64,000 nucleotides of DNA from an uncultured Wenzhouxiangellaceae bacterium (GTDB lineage Bacteria; Pseudomonadota; Gammaproteobacteria; Xanthomonadales; SZUA-36). This document shows, piece by piece, positions 18,736-26,679 of the stretch; the stretch's first letter is position 1, and every line of letters begins with the position of its first letter. Below the pieces are notes generated by a model, which was not told the DNA's origin, made no database searches, and was given only the letters and a program-made list of their open reading frames with translations. The stretch is from NCBI GenBank assembly GCA_964602895.1, contig CAZRTG010000001.1:494-64493 (forward strand). Reading direction: 5' to 3'. Position numbers and translations under genes: made by a program.

Positions 18736-18993
18736 ATGAAGGTCAGAAGCAAACTCGCCGATATTGATTTTGTATTTGGCAGATTCGAATACAAAAAAGA
18801 TCACTTGATTGTGCATTCAGATCCTGACCAGGCCATGCAAAGCAAAGTCTACGTCAGCCCGGATGATGTTCTATCCGGGCTGGCAAAGGCACTGGTGAAT
18901 CCCATGGTGTGGGTCTATTTTCTGGGCTTTCCGTTTTTCCTGATTCGTTATCGCCGCCGTCACCGTGCCAAACAAAAAAATACCGGCCGATAG
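18736..18993 (+). CDS. conserved 85-aa tail-anchored small protein (paralogue 1 of 2)
   Basis: AGGAAA SD 6 nt upstream. Soluble N-terminal about 50 aa, then a hydrophobic FLGFPFF helix and a polybasic tail RYRRRHRAKQK. A paralogue sits at 36214..36471 in the same position after the second C-N hydrolase. Confidence 0.7.
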   Translation: MKVRSKLADIDFVFGRFEYKKDHLIVHSDPDQAMQSKVYVSPDDVLSGLAKALVNPMVWVYFLGFPFFLIRYRRRHRAKQKNTGR

Positions 18994-19125
18994 CCCCATC
19001 TCCGGCGCTGAATCGGGCCGTTGCCCTTGCATTGGGATGTGGCATTTCACCAGTTCCGGAACGTGTACGGCACACATCAGTTTGCTGACCGGACTTTGAC
19101 AAGGTGCCCTGATTACAGATATTCT

Positions 19126-19139
19126 GTTTACATATAAAC
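19126..19139. promoter_or_regulatory. palindromic operator-like motif GTTTACATATAAAC (copy 3 of 4)
   Basis: Read directly. It lies 71 nt upstream of the TPP-enzyme start. Confidence 0.5.
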
Positions 19140-19209
19140 TATCCTGCCTGGCAAGCAAAACCAAACCAAGCTCGTCAGAATTTCAATCGACATTTTCTGG
19201 TAAAGCACT

Positions 19210-20853
19210 ATGAACAAAATAACCGGCGCCGATGCGATTGTTGAATCGCTAATCGCAAACGATGTAGAAACAGTATTCGGCCTGCCTGGCGGTCAACTGG
19301 ACCACTTATTCGATTCCATTTATCGTGCGGGTGACAAAATAAATTTGATCCACACTCGTCACGAGCAAGGCGCCGCATACATGGCCTTCGGCTATGCACA
19401 AAGCACGGGTAAACCGGGTGTTTATGCCGTGGTGCCCGGGCCTGGCTTGTTGAACTCAAGCGCTGCCCTGTGTACGGCCTGGGCCTGCAACTCGCCGGTC
19501 ATGGCACTGTGCGGCCAGGTGCACCTGGCAGGTATCGACAGCGGCTATGGCCACCTGCATGAAATTCCCGACCAACTCGGCATGATTCGCCATATCACCA
19601 AATGGGCAGAACGCATCAATCATCCTGCCGATACGCCAAAAATAATGCAGCAGGCGTTCAGCGAGCTTCAGTCCGGCCGGCCCAGACCGGTAGAAGTTGA
19701 AATGCCCATGGATGTCATGGGCGCAGAGGCCATGGTTGCAAGCACTGCAAAAGCTTCGCTTGATGCACCGCCGCCCATCGATCCGGATCAGATCAAAGCT
19801 GCAGTAGAAATTTTGCTTGCGGCCAAACGGCCCATGATTGTGATCGGCTCGGGCGCATTGGATGCAGGCAAAGAGTTACTCGCAATTGCCGAGCGTTTGC
19901 AAGCACCCGTAATGTCAAAGCGCAAAGGCAAAGGCGTTGTTTCTGACGAAAACTACCTCAGCCAAAACCTCGTGGCAGGCCACACTCTGTGGGGCCAGTG
20001 CGATGCCGTGCTGGCTGTAGGTACCCGCCTGAAGATGCCTTTGACCATGTGGGGCAAAGACGATGACCTGAAGCTGGTGAGAGTGGATATTGATCCGGTA
20101 GAACTCAATCGAATCTGCACAGCCGAAGTGGGCATAGTGGGAGACGCTGCTACGGTGCTGAACGCGTTGCTGAAAGAGCTGGAAAAAAGTGGCACAAAGC
20201 GAGCCAGCCGGGAGCAGGAACTGAGTGAGTTGAAAGCTACGACAGGTAAAACCATGCGCGAAAAGATCGGGCCGCAGATGGCCTATCTGGATGTTATTCG
20301 CACCGCCTTACCTCGGGATGGCTATTTTATTGATGAAGTTACTCAGGTAGGTTTTGCCTCATGGTCGGGCTTCCCGGTATATGAACCGCGGCATTTTATT
20401 TCGGCCTGTCAACAGGGCACTCTGGGTTACGGCTTCGCCACCGCATTGGGCGTGGCTGCAGCACATCCTGATAAAGCCGTCGTACAGGTCAGTGGCGATG
20501 GTGGTTTCATGTTTACCATGCAGGAGTTGTCAACCGCGGTTCACTATCAACTGAACCTGGTTACGATTATCTTCAATGACAACACCTTCACCAATGTGCA
20601 GCGCCAGCAGGATGAGTGGTTTGATGGACGTCGTATCTGCTCCGACCTGACCAATCCGGATTTTGTGAAAATGACAGAGAGTTTTGGTGCCAGCGCTTAT
20701 CGGGTCAATTCCCCCGCTGAACTGGCCAAAATTCTGCCTGCCGCATTCAACGAACAGGGGCCGACTATTATTGAAGTCAGTCTGACTGAAAGGATGCCAA
20801 CGCCATGGCAATTCATATTGATGGAGCAGAACCGGAAGTCGCTGTGTCCCTGA
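19210..20853 (+). CDS. thiamine-pyrophosphate-dependent enzyme (acetolactate-synthase/2-oxoacid-decarboxylase family) (paralogue 1)
   Basis: 547 aa. TPP-binding motif SGDGGFMF...IFNDNTF. N-terminal Pyr domain GADAIVESLIANDVETVFGLPGG. No ilvN/ilvH-type small subunit nearby. Confidence 0.88.
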   Translation: MNKITGADAIVESLIANDVETVFGLPGGQLDHLFDSIYRAGDKINLIHTRHEQGAAYMAFGYAQSTGKPGVYAVVPGPGLLNSSAALCTAWACNSPVMALCGQVHLAGIDSGYGHLHEIPDQLGMIRHITKWAERINHPADTPKIMQQAFSELQSGRPRPVEVEMPMDVMGAEAMVASTAKASLDAPPPIDPDQIKAAVEILLAAKRPMIVIGSGALDAGKELLAIAERLQAPVMSKRKGKGVVSDENYLSQNLVAGHTLWGQCDAVLAVGTRLKMPLTMWGKDDDLKLVRVDIDPVELNRICTAEVGIVGDAATVLNALLKELEKSGTKRASREQELSELKATTGKTMREKIGPQMAYLDVIRTALPRDGYFIDEVTQVGFASWSGFPVYEPRHFISACQQGTLGYGFATALGVAAAHPDKAVVQVSGDGGFMFTMQELSTAVHYQLNLVTIIFNDNTFTNVQRQQDEWFDGRRICSDLTNPDFVKMTESFGASAYRVNSPAELAKILPAAFNEQGPTIIEVSLTERMPTPWQFILMEQNRKSLCP

Positions 20854-20940
20854 CCTGAAGCAGGTAACGCGATACGACTCCGGCAACTCGTTGACGATCC
20901 GTTAAAAGCCGTCTGAACTACCATAAATCAGGAGTTCCCC

Positions 20941-22074
20941 ATGCCCTTGATCTCCGCCGATAATGTGTTCGCCATGGGTACCATCCTGTTCGGATTGGCG
21001 TACCTGGGTTTCTGGATCGACAAACATCCGATTGGGAAGAAAACCTCCGGGGTTGTTTGGGTACTGGTTGCCGGCATGATCCTGTCGAATTTCCAGATCA
21101 TCCCTTACCACTCCCCTGCCTACGACTTTGTTGGCAACTATATGGTTTCCCTGGCGATCCCGTTGTTATTGTTCAAGGCTGACCTGCGTAAAATCATCAA
21201 GGAAAGCGGCAAGGTCATGATCACGTTCCTGGTTGCCACTGCAGCTACAGTAATCGGTGCAGTGGCCGGGTTTTTCCTGATTGACCTCGGTGAAATAGGC
21301 GCTAAAGTTGCTGGCGTATATACCGGCGGCTATGTCGGTGGCGCAGTAAACTTCCTTGCTGTATCACAGGTTGTGGGCATGTCCGAAGCCGAGTTCACCA
21401 CAGCTATCAGTGCCAGCAGCTTCGTCAGCATTCTGGCCCTTATGATGCTGATTGCCATTCCATCCATTCGTTGGATAGTCAAATTCCTGCCGTTAGCCCG
21501 CACCGAATCTTTGACAGAACAAGAGAAACAGGCCCTGCAAGCAGAGAAGCGTCCAACGGTCCGCTTGCGTCATATTACCGGCGTTTTGACGCTCAGCTTC
21601 GGCATTTGTGCCATATCGGCTGCCATTGGTGATTTCACCGGACACCCGCAGTACAACATTCTTTACGTCACCATCCTCACCCTGGTGGTAGCCAATATGT
21701 TTCCGCAGGTCATGGCCAAACTCGAGGGTGAGTTCGAGCTGGGCATGATATTCATGTACCTGTTTTTTGCCATGGTGGGCTCCAGCACCAACTTCTCTGA
21801 TTTTGCGGGTGCCGCTTTTACTTTATTCCTCTACGGCATGTTGATCATTGTCATCCATATCACCATCGTACTTTTGGTGGCAAAACTGCTGAAAGTTGAC
21901 CTGGCAGAGGCGATCGTCGCATCGGGTGCCGCACTGGTGGGCCCTGCAGTTACCGCAGCCATCGCCATTTCCCAGGGCTGGAGGACACTGGTCACGCCAG
22001 CCATCATGGTGGGTATTTTTGGATATGTGATTGGTACGTTTATCGGTGTCGCAGTGACATCATTCCTGACCTGA
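20941..22074 (+). CDS. polytopic inner-membrane protein (DUF819-like)
   Basis: 377 aa with about 10-12 hydrophobic segments. The family assignment is from memory of the DUF819/YjcL pattern only. Confidence 0.55.
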   Translation: MPLISADNVFAMGTILFGLAYLGFWIDKHPIGKKTSGVVWVLVAGMILSNFQIIPYHSPAYDFVGNYMVSLAIPLLLFKADLRKIIKESGKVMITFLVATAATVIGAVAGFFLIDLGEIGAKVAGVYTGGYVGGAVNFLAVSQVVGMSEAEFTTAISASSFVSILALMMLIAIPSIRWIVKFLPLARTESLTEQEKQALQAEKRPTVRLRHITGVLTLSFGICAISAAIGDFTGHPQYNILYVTILTLVVANMFPQVMAKLEGEFELGMIFMYLFFAMVGSSTNFSDFAGAAFTLFLYGMLIIVIHITIVLLVAKLLKVDLAEAIVASGAALVGPAVTAAIAISQGWRTLVTPAIMVGIFGYVIGTFIGVAVTSFLT

Positions 22075-22126
22075 ATAGTCACTGTTTTCTTTATGCCTGT
22101 AATAATCTAACCGGGTGTTATCTTTT

Positions 22127-22900
22127 ATGAGTGAAACCAGGAAAGTTGCAATCGTTACCGGTGCCGGTTCTGGTATAGGTAAAGCCTGCGCAATCCGACT
22201 GTCTGAAGCGGGTATGCGCGTCGCCGTTACCGATATCAGATCAGCCTCAGCCGAAACCACTGCGCAGCAGATCATTCAGGCTGGCGGCCAGGCCCTGTAC
22301 TTCCGGCACGATGTAGCTGATGAGTCAGCCTCCCACAAACTGGTACAGGAGCTGATTGCCCAATGGGGCCGGGTCGACGTGCTGGTAGCCAATGCCGGAG
22401 TGCAAATAGCCGGCAGCCTGCTGGCCACGACCGAAAGTGACTGGGACAAAATCCTGGCGGTAAACCTGAAAGGCGTAGCCTATTGCTGCAAGGCGGTGAT
22501 TCCGGCGATGCAGCAACAGGGTTCCGGCTCTCTCGTCCTTGTTTCTTCCGTCAACGCGGTGGTTGGTTCCACCGGCATGGCCGTGTACGACATGAGCAAG
22601 GCAGGTGTGTTGGCGCTGATGCGCAACCTGGCCGTGGAGCACGGCTTGCAGGGTATTCGAGTCAATGCAGTCTCTCCGGGCAATACCCTGACCGAGTTCC
22701 ACCTGGACAAAATGATGGCGGAAGGCATCACGACGGAGCAGATAGAGGAAATGACCCAGGGCTATGGCTTGTTGGGCCGGGTTGCCCGTCCACAGGAAAT
22801 TGCCAATGCGGTGTGTTTTCTGGCGGGTGATCAGTCCTCTTTTATCACCGGACACAATTTAATCGTTGATGGCGGCTTTTCCATAACCGGCCGTAATTAG
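22127..22900 (+). CDS. short-chain dehydrogenase/reductase
   Basis: Contains VTGAGSGIGKA, ANAGV and YDMSKAG. ATG at 22127; the ORF-track GTG start is at 22115. Confidence 0.85.
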   Translation: MSETRKVAIVTGAGSGIGKACAIRLSEAGMRVAVTDIRSASAETTAQQIIQAGGQALYFRHDVADESASHKLVQELIAQWGRVDVLVANAGVQIAGSLLATTESDWDKILAVNLKGVAYCCKAVIPAMQQQGSGSLVLVSSVNAVVGSTGMAVYDMSKAGVLALMRNLAVEHGLQGIRVNAVSPGNTLTEFHLDKMMAEGITTEQIEEMTQGYGLLGRVARPQEIANAVCFLAGDQSSFITGHNLIVDGGFSITGRN

Positions 22901-22909
22901 GAATTCATA

Positions 22910-23911
22910 ATGGCTGAAAAGATCTGCTTGGGAATATTGGGTACCGGCAACATGGCGCGTGCTTTTGCCTTGGGTTTACAGCACGCGCCCGCGGTTGATC
23001 TGGTGGCTGTTGCGTCACGTACCAATGAATCCGCTGAAGCGTTTGCGGGCGAGTTCAATACAGTCCGATATTTTTCAGACTACCGGCAGCTGGCAGCGGA
23101 ACCGGATATCGATCTGATTTACATCGCAACACCGCATTCCTGCCATATGGAAAACAGCCTGATGTGCCTGGATGCCGGCAAGGCTGTGCTGTGTGAAAAG
23201 CCCTTTACGATCAATGCGGCGCAAGCCCGGGTCGTCATAGAAAGTGCCCGGGAGAAAGGCCTGTTTCTGATGGAGGCCATGTGGAGCCGCTACATTCCGG
23301 CCATGGTGAAGCTGCGTGAATTGTTGTCTCGGAAGGTCATCGGTGATGTACAAATCATGCTGGCTGGCGGTGCTTTCATGCCGCCTTTTGATCCGAATGC
23401 CTATTTGTTTCGACCGGACCTGGGTGGAGGTGTGCTGCTGGATGCAGGTGTGTATCTGGTTTCCATCGCGTCCATGGTGCTGGGAACACCCAACAGGATC
23501 CTCGCCACCGGTAGCCTGGGCCCGTCCGGTGTGGATGACCATGACGCCTTCATTCTGCAACATGACAACGGTGCCATTGCCTCCTGCTATGTGTCATTGC
23601 GAGCCAGTGCCTCCCCGGAAATCACCCTGTTGGGTGACCGCGGCAAGCTGCAGGTACATGCCCCCCTGTTCGCACCGCCCCGTTTGACGCTCAGTCTTTC
23701 TGGCAAAGCGGACGAGGTAATGGACTTTCCTTTTGCAGGTAATGGCTATCAGTTTGAGGCCCAGGAGGCCGCTGAATGCCTGCTGGCGGGTAGCCTTGAA
23801 AGCAGCATCATGCCGCTGGATGAGACCCTGACCGTCATGCAAACCATGGATGAAATTCGCCAACAATTTCATCTCAGATATCCCATGGAACTTCAGATGG
23901 GGAAAAATTGA
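22910..23911 (+). CDS. Gfo/Idh/MocA-family NAD(P)-dependent oxidoreductase
   Basis: N-terminal GILGTGNMARAF Rossmann motif and the EKP block (CEKPFT). Confidence 0.85.
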   Translation: MAEKICLGILGTGNMARAFALGLQHAPAVDLVAVASRTNESAEAFAGEFNTVRYFSDYRQLAAEPDIDLIYIATPHSCHMENSLMCLDAGKAVLCEKPFTINAAQARVVIESAREKGLFLMEAMWSRYIPAMVKLRELLSRKVIGDVQIMLAGGAFMPPFDPNAYLFRPDLGGGVLLDAGVYLVSIASMVLGTPNRILATGSLGPSGVDDHDAFILQHDNGAIASCYVSLRASASPEITLLGDRGKLQVHAPLFAPPRLTLSLSGKADEVMDFPFAGNGYQFEAQEAAECLLAGSLESSIMPLDETLTVMQTMDEIRQQFHLRYPMELQMGKN

Positions 23912-23924
23912 TGTGGAGAATTAA

Positions 23925-24800
23925 ATGGCTGTAGTAATCATCACCGGATCAAACAGCGGCTTTGGCTTTGAAGGAGCATTAGCATTTGCCCGCAACGGCG
24001 ACACGGTCTACGCCAGTATGCGCAATACCCATAAATCCGAGCCCCTGTTGACCGCGGCACAGGCTGAAGGCCTGACCCTTCACATCAAAACGCTGGATGT
24101 GACTCAACCGGACACTTTTCCGGCTTTTCTGCAGGAGATCGCAGATGAAGCAGGCCAAATCGATGTACTGGTCAACAATGCCGGCATGGTAATAGCCGGG
24201 GCGCTGGAAGATGTTCCTGAAGCCGATTTACGTACCGTAATGGAAACCAATTTTTTCGGCCCCCTGCTGTTGACCCGAGCGGTTTTGCCCATCATGCGCG
24301 AACAAGGCAAGGGCACGATCATCATGATGAGCTCACTTTCCGGAGTGGCGGGCTTGCCTGGCGATTTGCCTTATTCAGCCAGTAAATTTGCCCTCGAAGG
24401 TGCGACTGAATGCCTCCGCCATGAGGTGGATCGTTTTGGCATCAAAGTGGCTTTGGTTGAAGCCGGCATGTACTCCACCGGAATTTTTGACTCCGCCCTG
24501 GAAAACGATGCCGTACTGCCTGCTGATTATCCAAAGGATTCGCCCTATCGCCTGCTGGTCGAGAACAAATTGCAAAGCGTACGGCAAAGCCTTGGCAAAG
24601 CCTTCCACCCCCGCATTGTCGGTGACCTGTTTGTCGCCATCGCGCAGTCAGATGGCAGCCGGTTACGCTGGCAGGCTGATGAAGTGGCTACTCATGTGAT
24701 CGGGGCCATGTTGGGTCATGATGACAAAGGCCGTGATGAGTTCCTGCGCATGGCCTCCGGGACCGACTGGTGGAGCGAGGGCAAAGACCATGCGGAGTAG
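23925..24800 (+). CDS. short-chain dehydrogenase/reductase
   Basis: Contains ITGSNSGFG, NNAGM and YSASKFAL. Confidence 0.85.
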   Translation: MAVVIITGSNSGFGFEGALAFARNGDTVYASMRNTHKSEPLLTAAQAEGLTLHIKTLDVTQPDTFPAFLQEIADEAGQIDVLVNNAGMVIAGALEDVPEADLRTVMETNFFGPLLLTRAVLPIMREQGKGTIIMMSSLSGVAGLPGDLPYSASKFALEGATECLRHEVDRFGIKVALVEAGMYSTGIFDSALENDAVLPADYPKDSPYRLLVENKLQSVRQSLGKAFHPRIVGDLFVAIAQSDGSRLRWQADEVATHVIGAMLGHDDKGRDEFLRMASGTDWWSEGKDHAE

Positions 24801-25203
24801 ACTGGCTCACGTTTGCATCGAAACAGCCGATCTGGAAGCTACCGAAACATTTTATCGTGCCCTGGGCTTGCAGCGGCGTTTTGATTTCCACAATCAGCAC
24901 GGTGACCTGGTGGGCTTCTATCTGGCCTTCAGCAACAATACTTTTGTAGAGGTTATCAAAGTCAAAAAGCCCAGGCCGGAAGGAGCAGTCCGGCACTTTG
25001 CAATTGAAGTGGACAATGTTGACAGCTGGTTCGAACGGTTGAAGCAACAGGGTATCAATGCCACCGAAAAGGAATTTGCCGGTGATGACAACTGGATGAT
25101 TACCTGCACGGATCCGAACGGGATTTTTATCGAGCTGCAACAATACACTGACAAAAGCATGCAAAAGATCGGTGGCAGTTGCAAAGTCAACTACCTGCCC
25201 TGA
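24790..25203 (+). CDS. VOC/glyoxalase-family protein
   Basis: RLAHVCIETADLEATETFYRALGL is typical of glyoxalase/bleomycin-resistance folds. ATG 24790 overlaps the preceding stop. Confidence 0.78.
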   Translation: MRSRLAHVCIETADLEATETFYRALGLQRRFDFHNQHGDLVGFYLAFSNNTFVEVIKVKKPRPEGAVRHFAIEVDNVDSWFERLKQQGINATEKEFAGDDNWMITCTDPNGIFIELQQYTDKSMQKIGGSCKVNYLP

Positions 25204-26453
25204 AGCCCGGACCTCAACCATCCGGGCTGCCTGTGTCCAACACATTGGTCAACAAGAGTAGGCACAAGAGCAGCTTCAGATTGCTCGTGGTGCTTGCGGT
25301 AAGCAGTTCGCTGGCGCCTTTCTCCATGGACTTTTTCGCCCCTGCGATGCCAGACGCCACCCGCGACCTCGCAGCATCGGTGGACGCTGTCCAGTCCACC
25401 CTGTACGTGTTTCTCGTTGGCTATGCTCTTGCGCCATTCATCTGGGGCGCATTGGCAGATCGTATAGGCAGACGCAAAGTCATGCTGGCAGGGCTTGGCG
25501 TGTACATCATCGCCTCGCTGGGCTGCTTCCTGGCCACAGGCATAGCGGGGTTGGCTTTCATGCGGATGCTACAGGGCATAGGTGCAGCCTGCGGCGTTGT
25601 GCTCGCCCGTACAGTGCTCCGGGACATTCACGGCCCCGGCGGGGCAACCAAAGCCATCTCCAGTATGTACATGATCATGGTATGGATTCCCATTTCAGCA
25701 CCCGTTCTGGGAGGTTACCTGAGCTCACACCTTAACTGGAGAATCAGCTTTCTGATCATGGCCCTGCTGGCTCTGCTCACACTGATCGGCAGCCTGTTGT
25801 GGCAAACGGAAACCAAACCACTGCCCTCTGCAGCAAACTACTCACCATCAATGACAAAGAGCTGGATCTCCATACTTTCAAACAGCGTCTTTTTACGTCA
25901 TTCTCTGGCGAATACCTTTTGCCTTACCACCATGTTGTTGTTTCTGGCGAACTACAGTTTTCTGCTGGAAAAATATTACCAGCTTGGTGCCCGTGAAAGT
26001 GGCTACATACTGGCCACCTTCAACGCCAGCCTTTCCGCCGGTGTGTATCTTGCCCGGGTGGTGGTTACAGCTTTGGGTGTAGAAAAAAGCATTCAAACCG
26101 GGCTGGTTATGGCGTTCACCGGTTGGCTGGGTTTGGTCGGCGCCAATCTGGGGCCTCCATCGCCCGGTCTTTCTCTGATCGTGATTGCACTGGCTTGCCT
26201 GGGTACCGGTATGGTGATCAGCCTAACCATCGGACAGGCACTGGTACCGTTCAGCCACACCACGGGTACCGCATCAGCACTTTTTATCTGTCTGCAGTCG
26301 ATAGGTTCGGCACTTATCGCCTTCCTGGTCGGGCGCTATCTTGAGAGCACGTTGGTGTCCTTATCCATCATGTTGGCGTTTTGCTCGCTGTTGGCCTTGC
26401 TCAGCATATTATTGATTGGCAAGCCTCAAACCGTGTCACCAAAAATCCGCTAA
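25179..26453 (+). CDS. MFS transporter (Bcr/CflA-like drug:H+ antiporter type)
   Basis: 12-TM profile. GALADRIGRRKVM is MFS motif A. Start uncertain (ATG 25179 or GTG 25233). Confidence 0.82.
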   Translation: MQSQLPALKPGPQPSGLPVSNTLVNKSRHKSSFRLLVVLAVSSSLAPFSMDFFAPAMPDATRDLAASVDAVQSTLYVFLVGYALAPFIWGALADRIGRRKVMLAGLGVYIIASLGCFLATGIAGLAFMRMLQGIGAACGVVLARTVLRDIHGPGGATKAISSMYMIMVWIPISAPVLGGYLSSHLNWRISFLIMALLALLTLIGSLLWQTETKPLPSAANYSPSMTKSWISILSNSVFLRHSLANTFCLTTMLLFLANYSFLLEKYYQLGARESGYILATFNASLSAGVYLARVVVTALGVEKSIQTGLVMAFTGWLGLVGANLGPPSPGLSLIVIALACLGTGMVISLTIGQALVPFSHTTGTASALFICLQSIGSALIAFLVGRYLESTLVSLSIMLAFCSLLALLSILLIGKPQTVSPKIR

Positions 26454-26524
26454 TGTGAAGGATTAGAAAATATACATTGTGAACGCAATTCCGAGCAGGA
26501 AGACTGTTAAGCCATAAACCACTT

Positions 26525-26552
26525 TTGACATTGAAAATGGTTTAGGTATAAA
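26525..26552 (+). promoter_or_regulatory. sigma70-type promoter candidate for the TonB-dependent receptor (-35 TTGACA, 16-nt spacer, -10 TATAAA)
   Basis: The hexamers were read directly at 26525-26530 and 26547-26552. Confidence 0.55.
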
Positions 26553-26553
26553 C
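26540..26553. promoter_or_regulatory. palindromic operator-like motif GTTTAGGTATAAAC (copy 4 of 4), overlapping the -10 hexamer
   Basis: Read directly. Confidence 0.5.
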
Positions 26554-26679
26554 TTTAAATTGTGAAAGGTTGTGAATGACGGTGTTCAACCTGTTTTTGA
26601 ACAGCCTCTGAATCAACATTACAACAGACTCTGTTAAAGAGCCGCCAGTTCCAGTCAGCCCAACTCGGAGACCCACTCG

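Noticed and set aside
19210-20853. TPP enzymes (19210..20853 and 46219..47880) as acetolactate synthase ilvB/ilvG, and the aminotransferases (13276..14403, 42445..43542) as hisC
   Set aside because: There is no regulatory small subunit (ilvN/ilvH) and there are no neighbouring ilv or his genes. Both types occur as paralogue pairs inside the catabolic loci. I list them by family only.
26554-26679. Possible cobalamin riboswitch in the leader of the TonB-dependent receptor (GGAGACCC near the start codon resembles part of the B12 box)
   Set aside because: - Only a fragment of the B12 box is present.
- The other conserved blocks (GGGAA, GGTG..AATCC, GCCACTG) are absent or badly degenerate.
- At 764 aa the receptor is larger than BtuB-type proteins.
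- A covariance-model scan (Rfam RF00174) would settle it, and I expect no hit.
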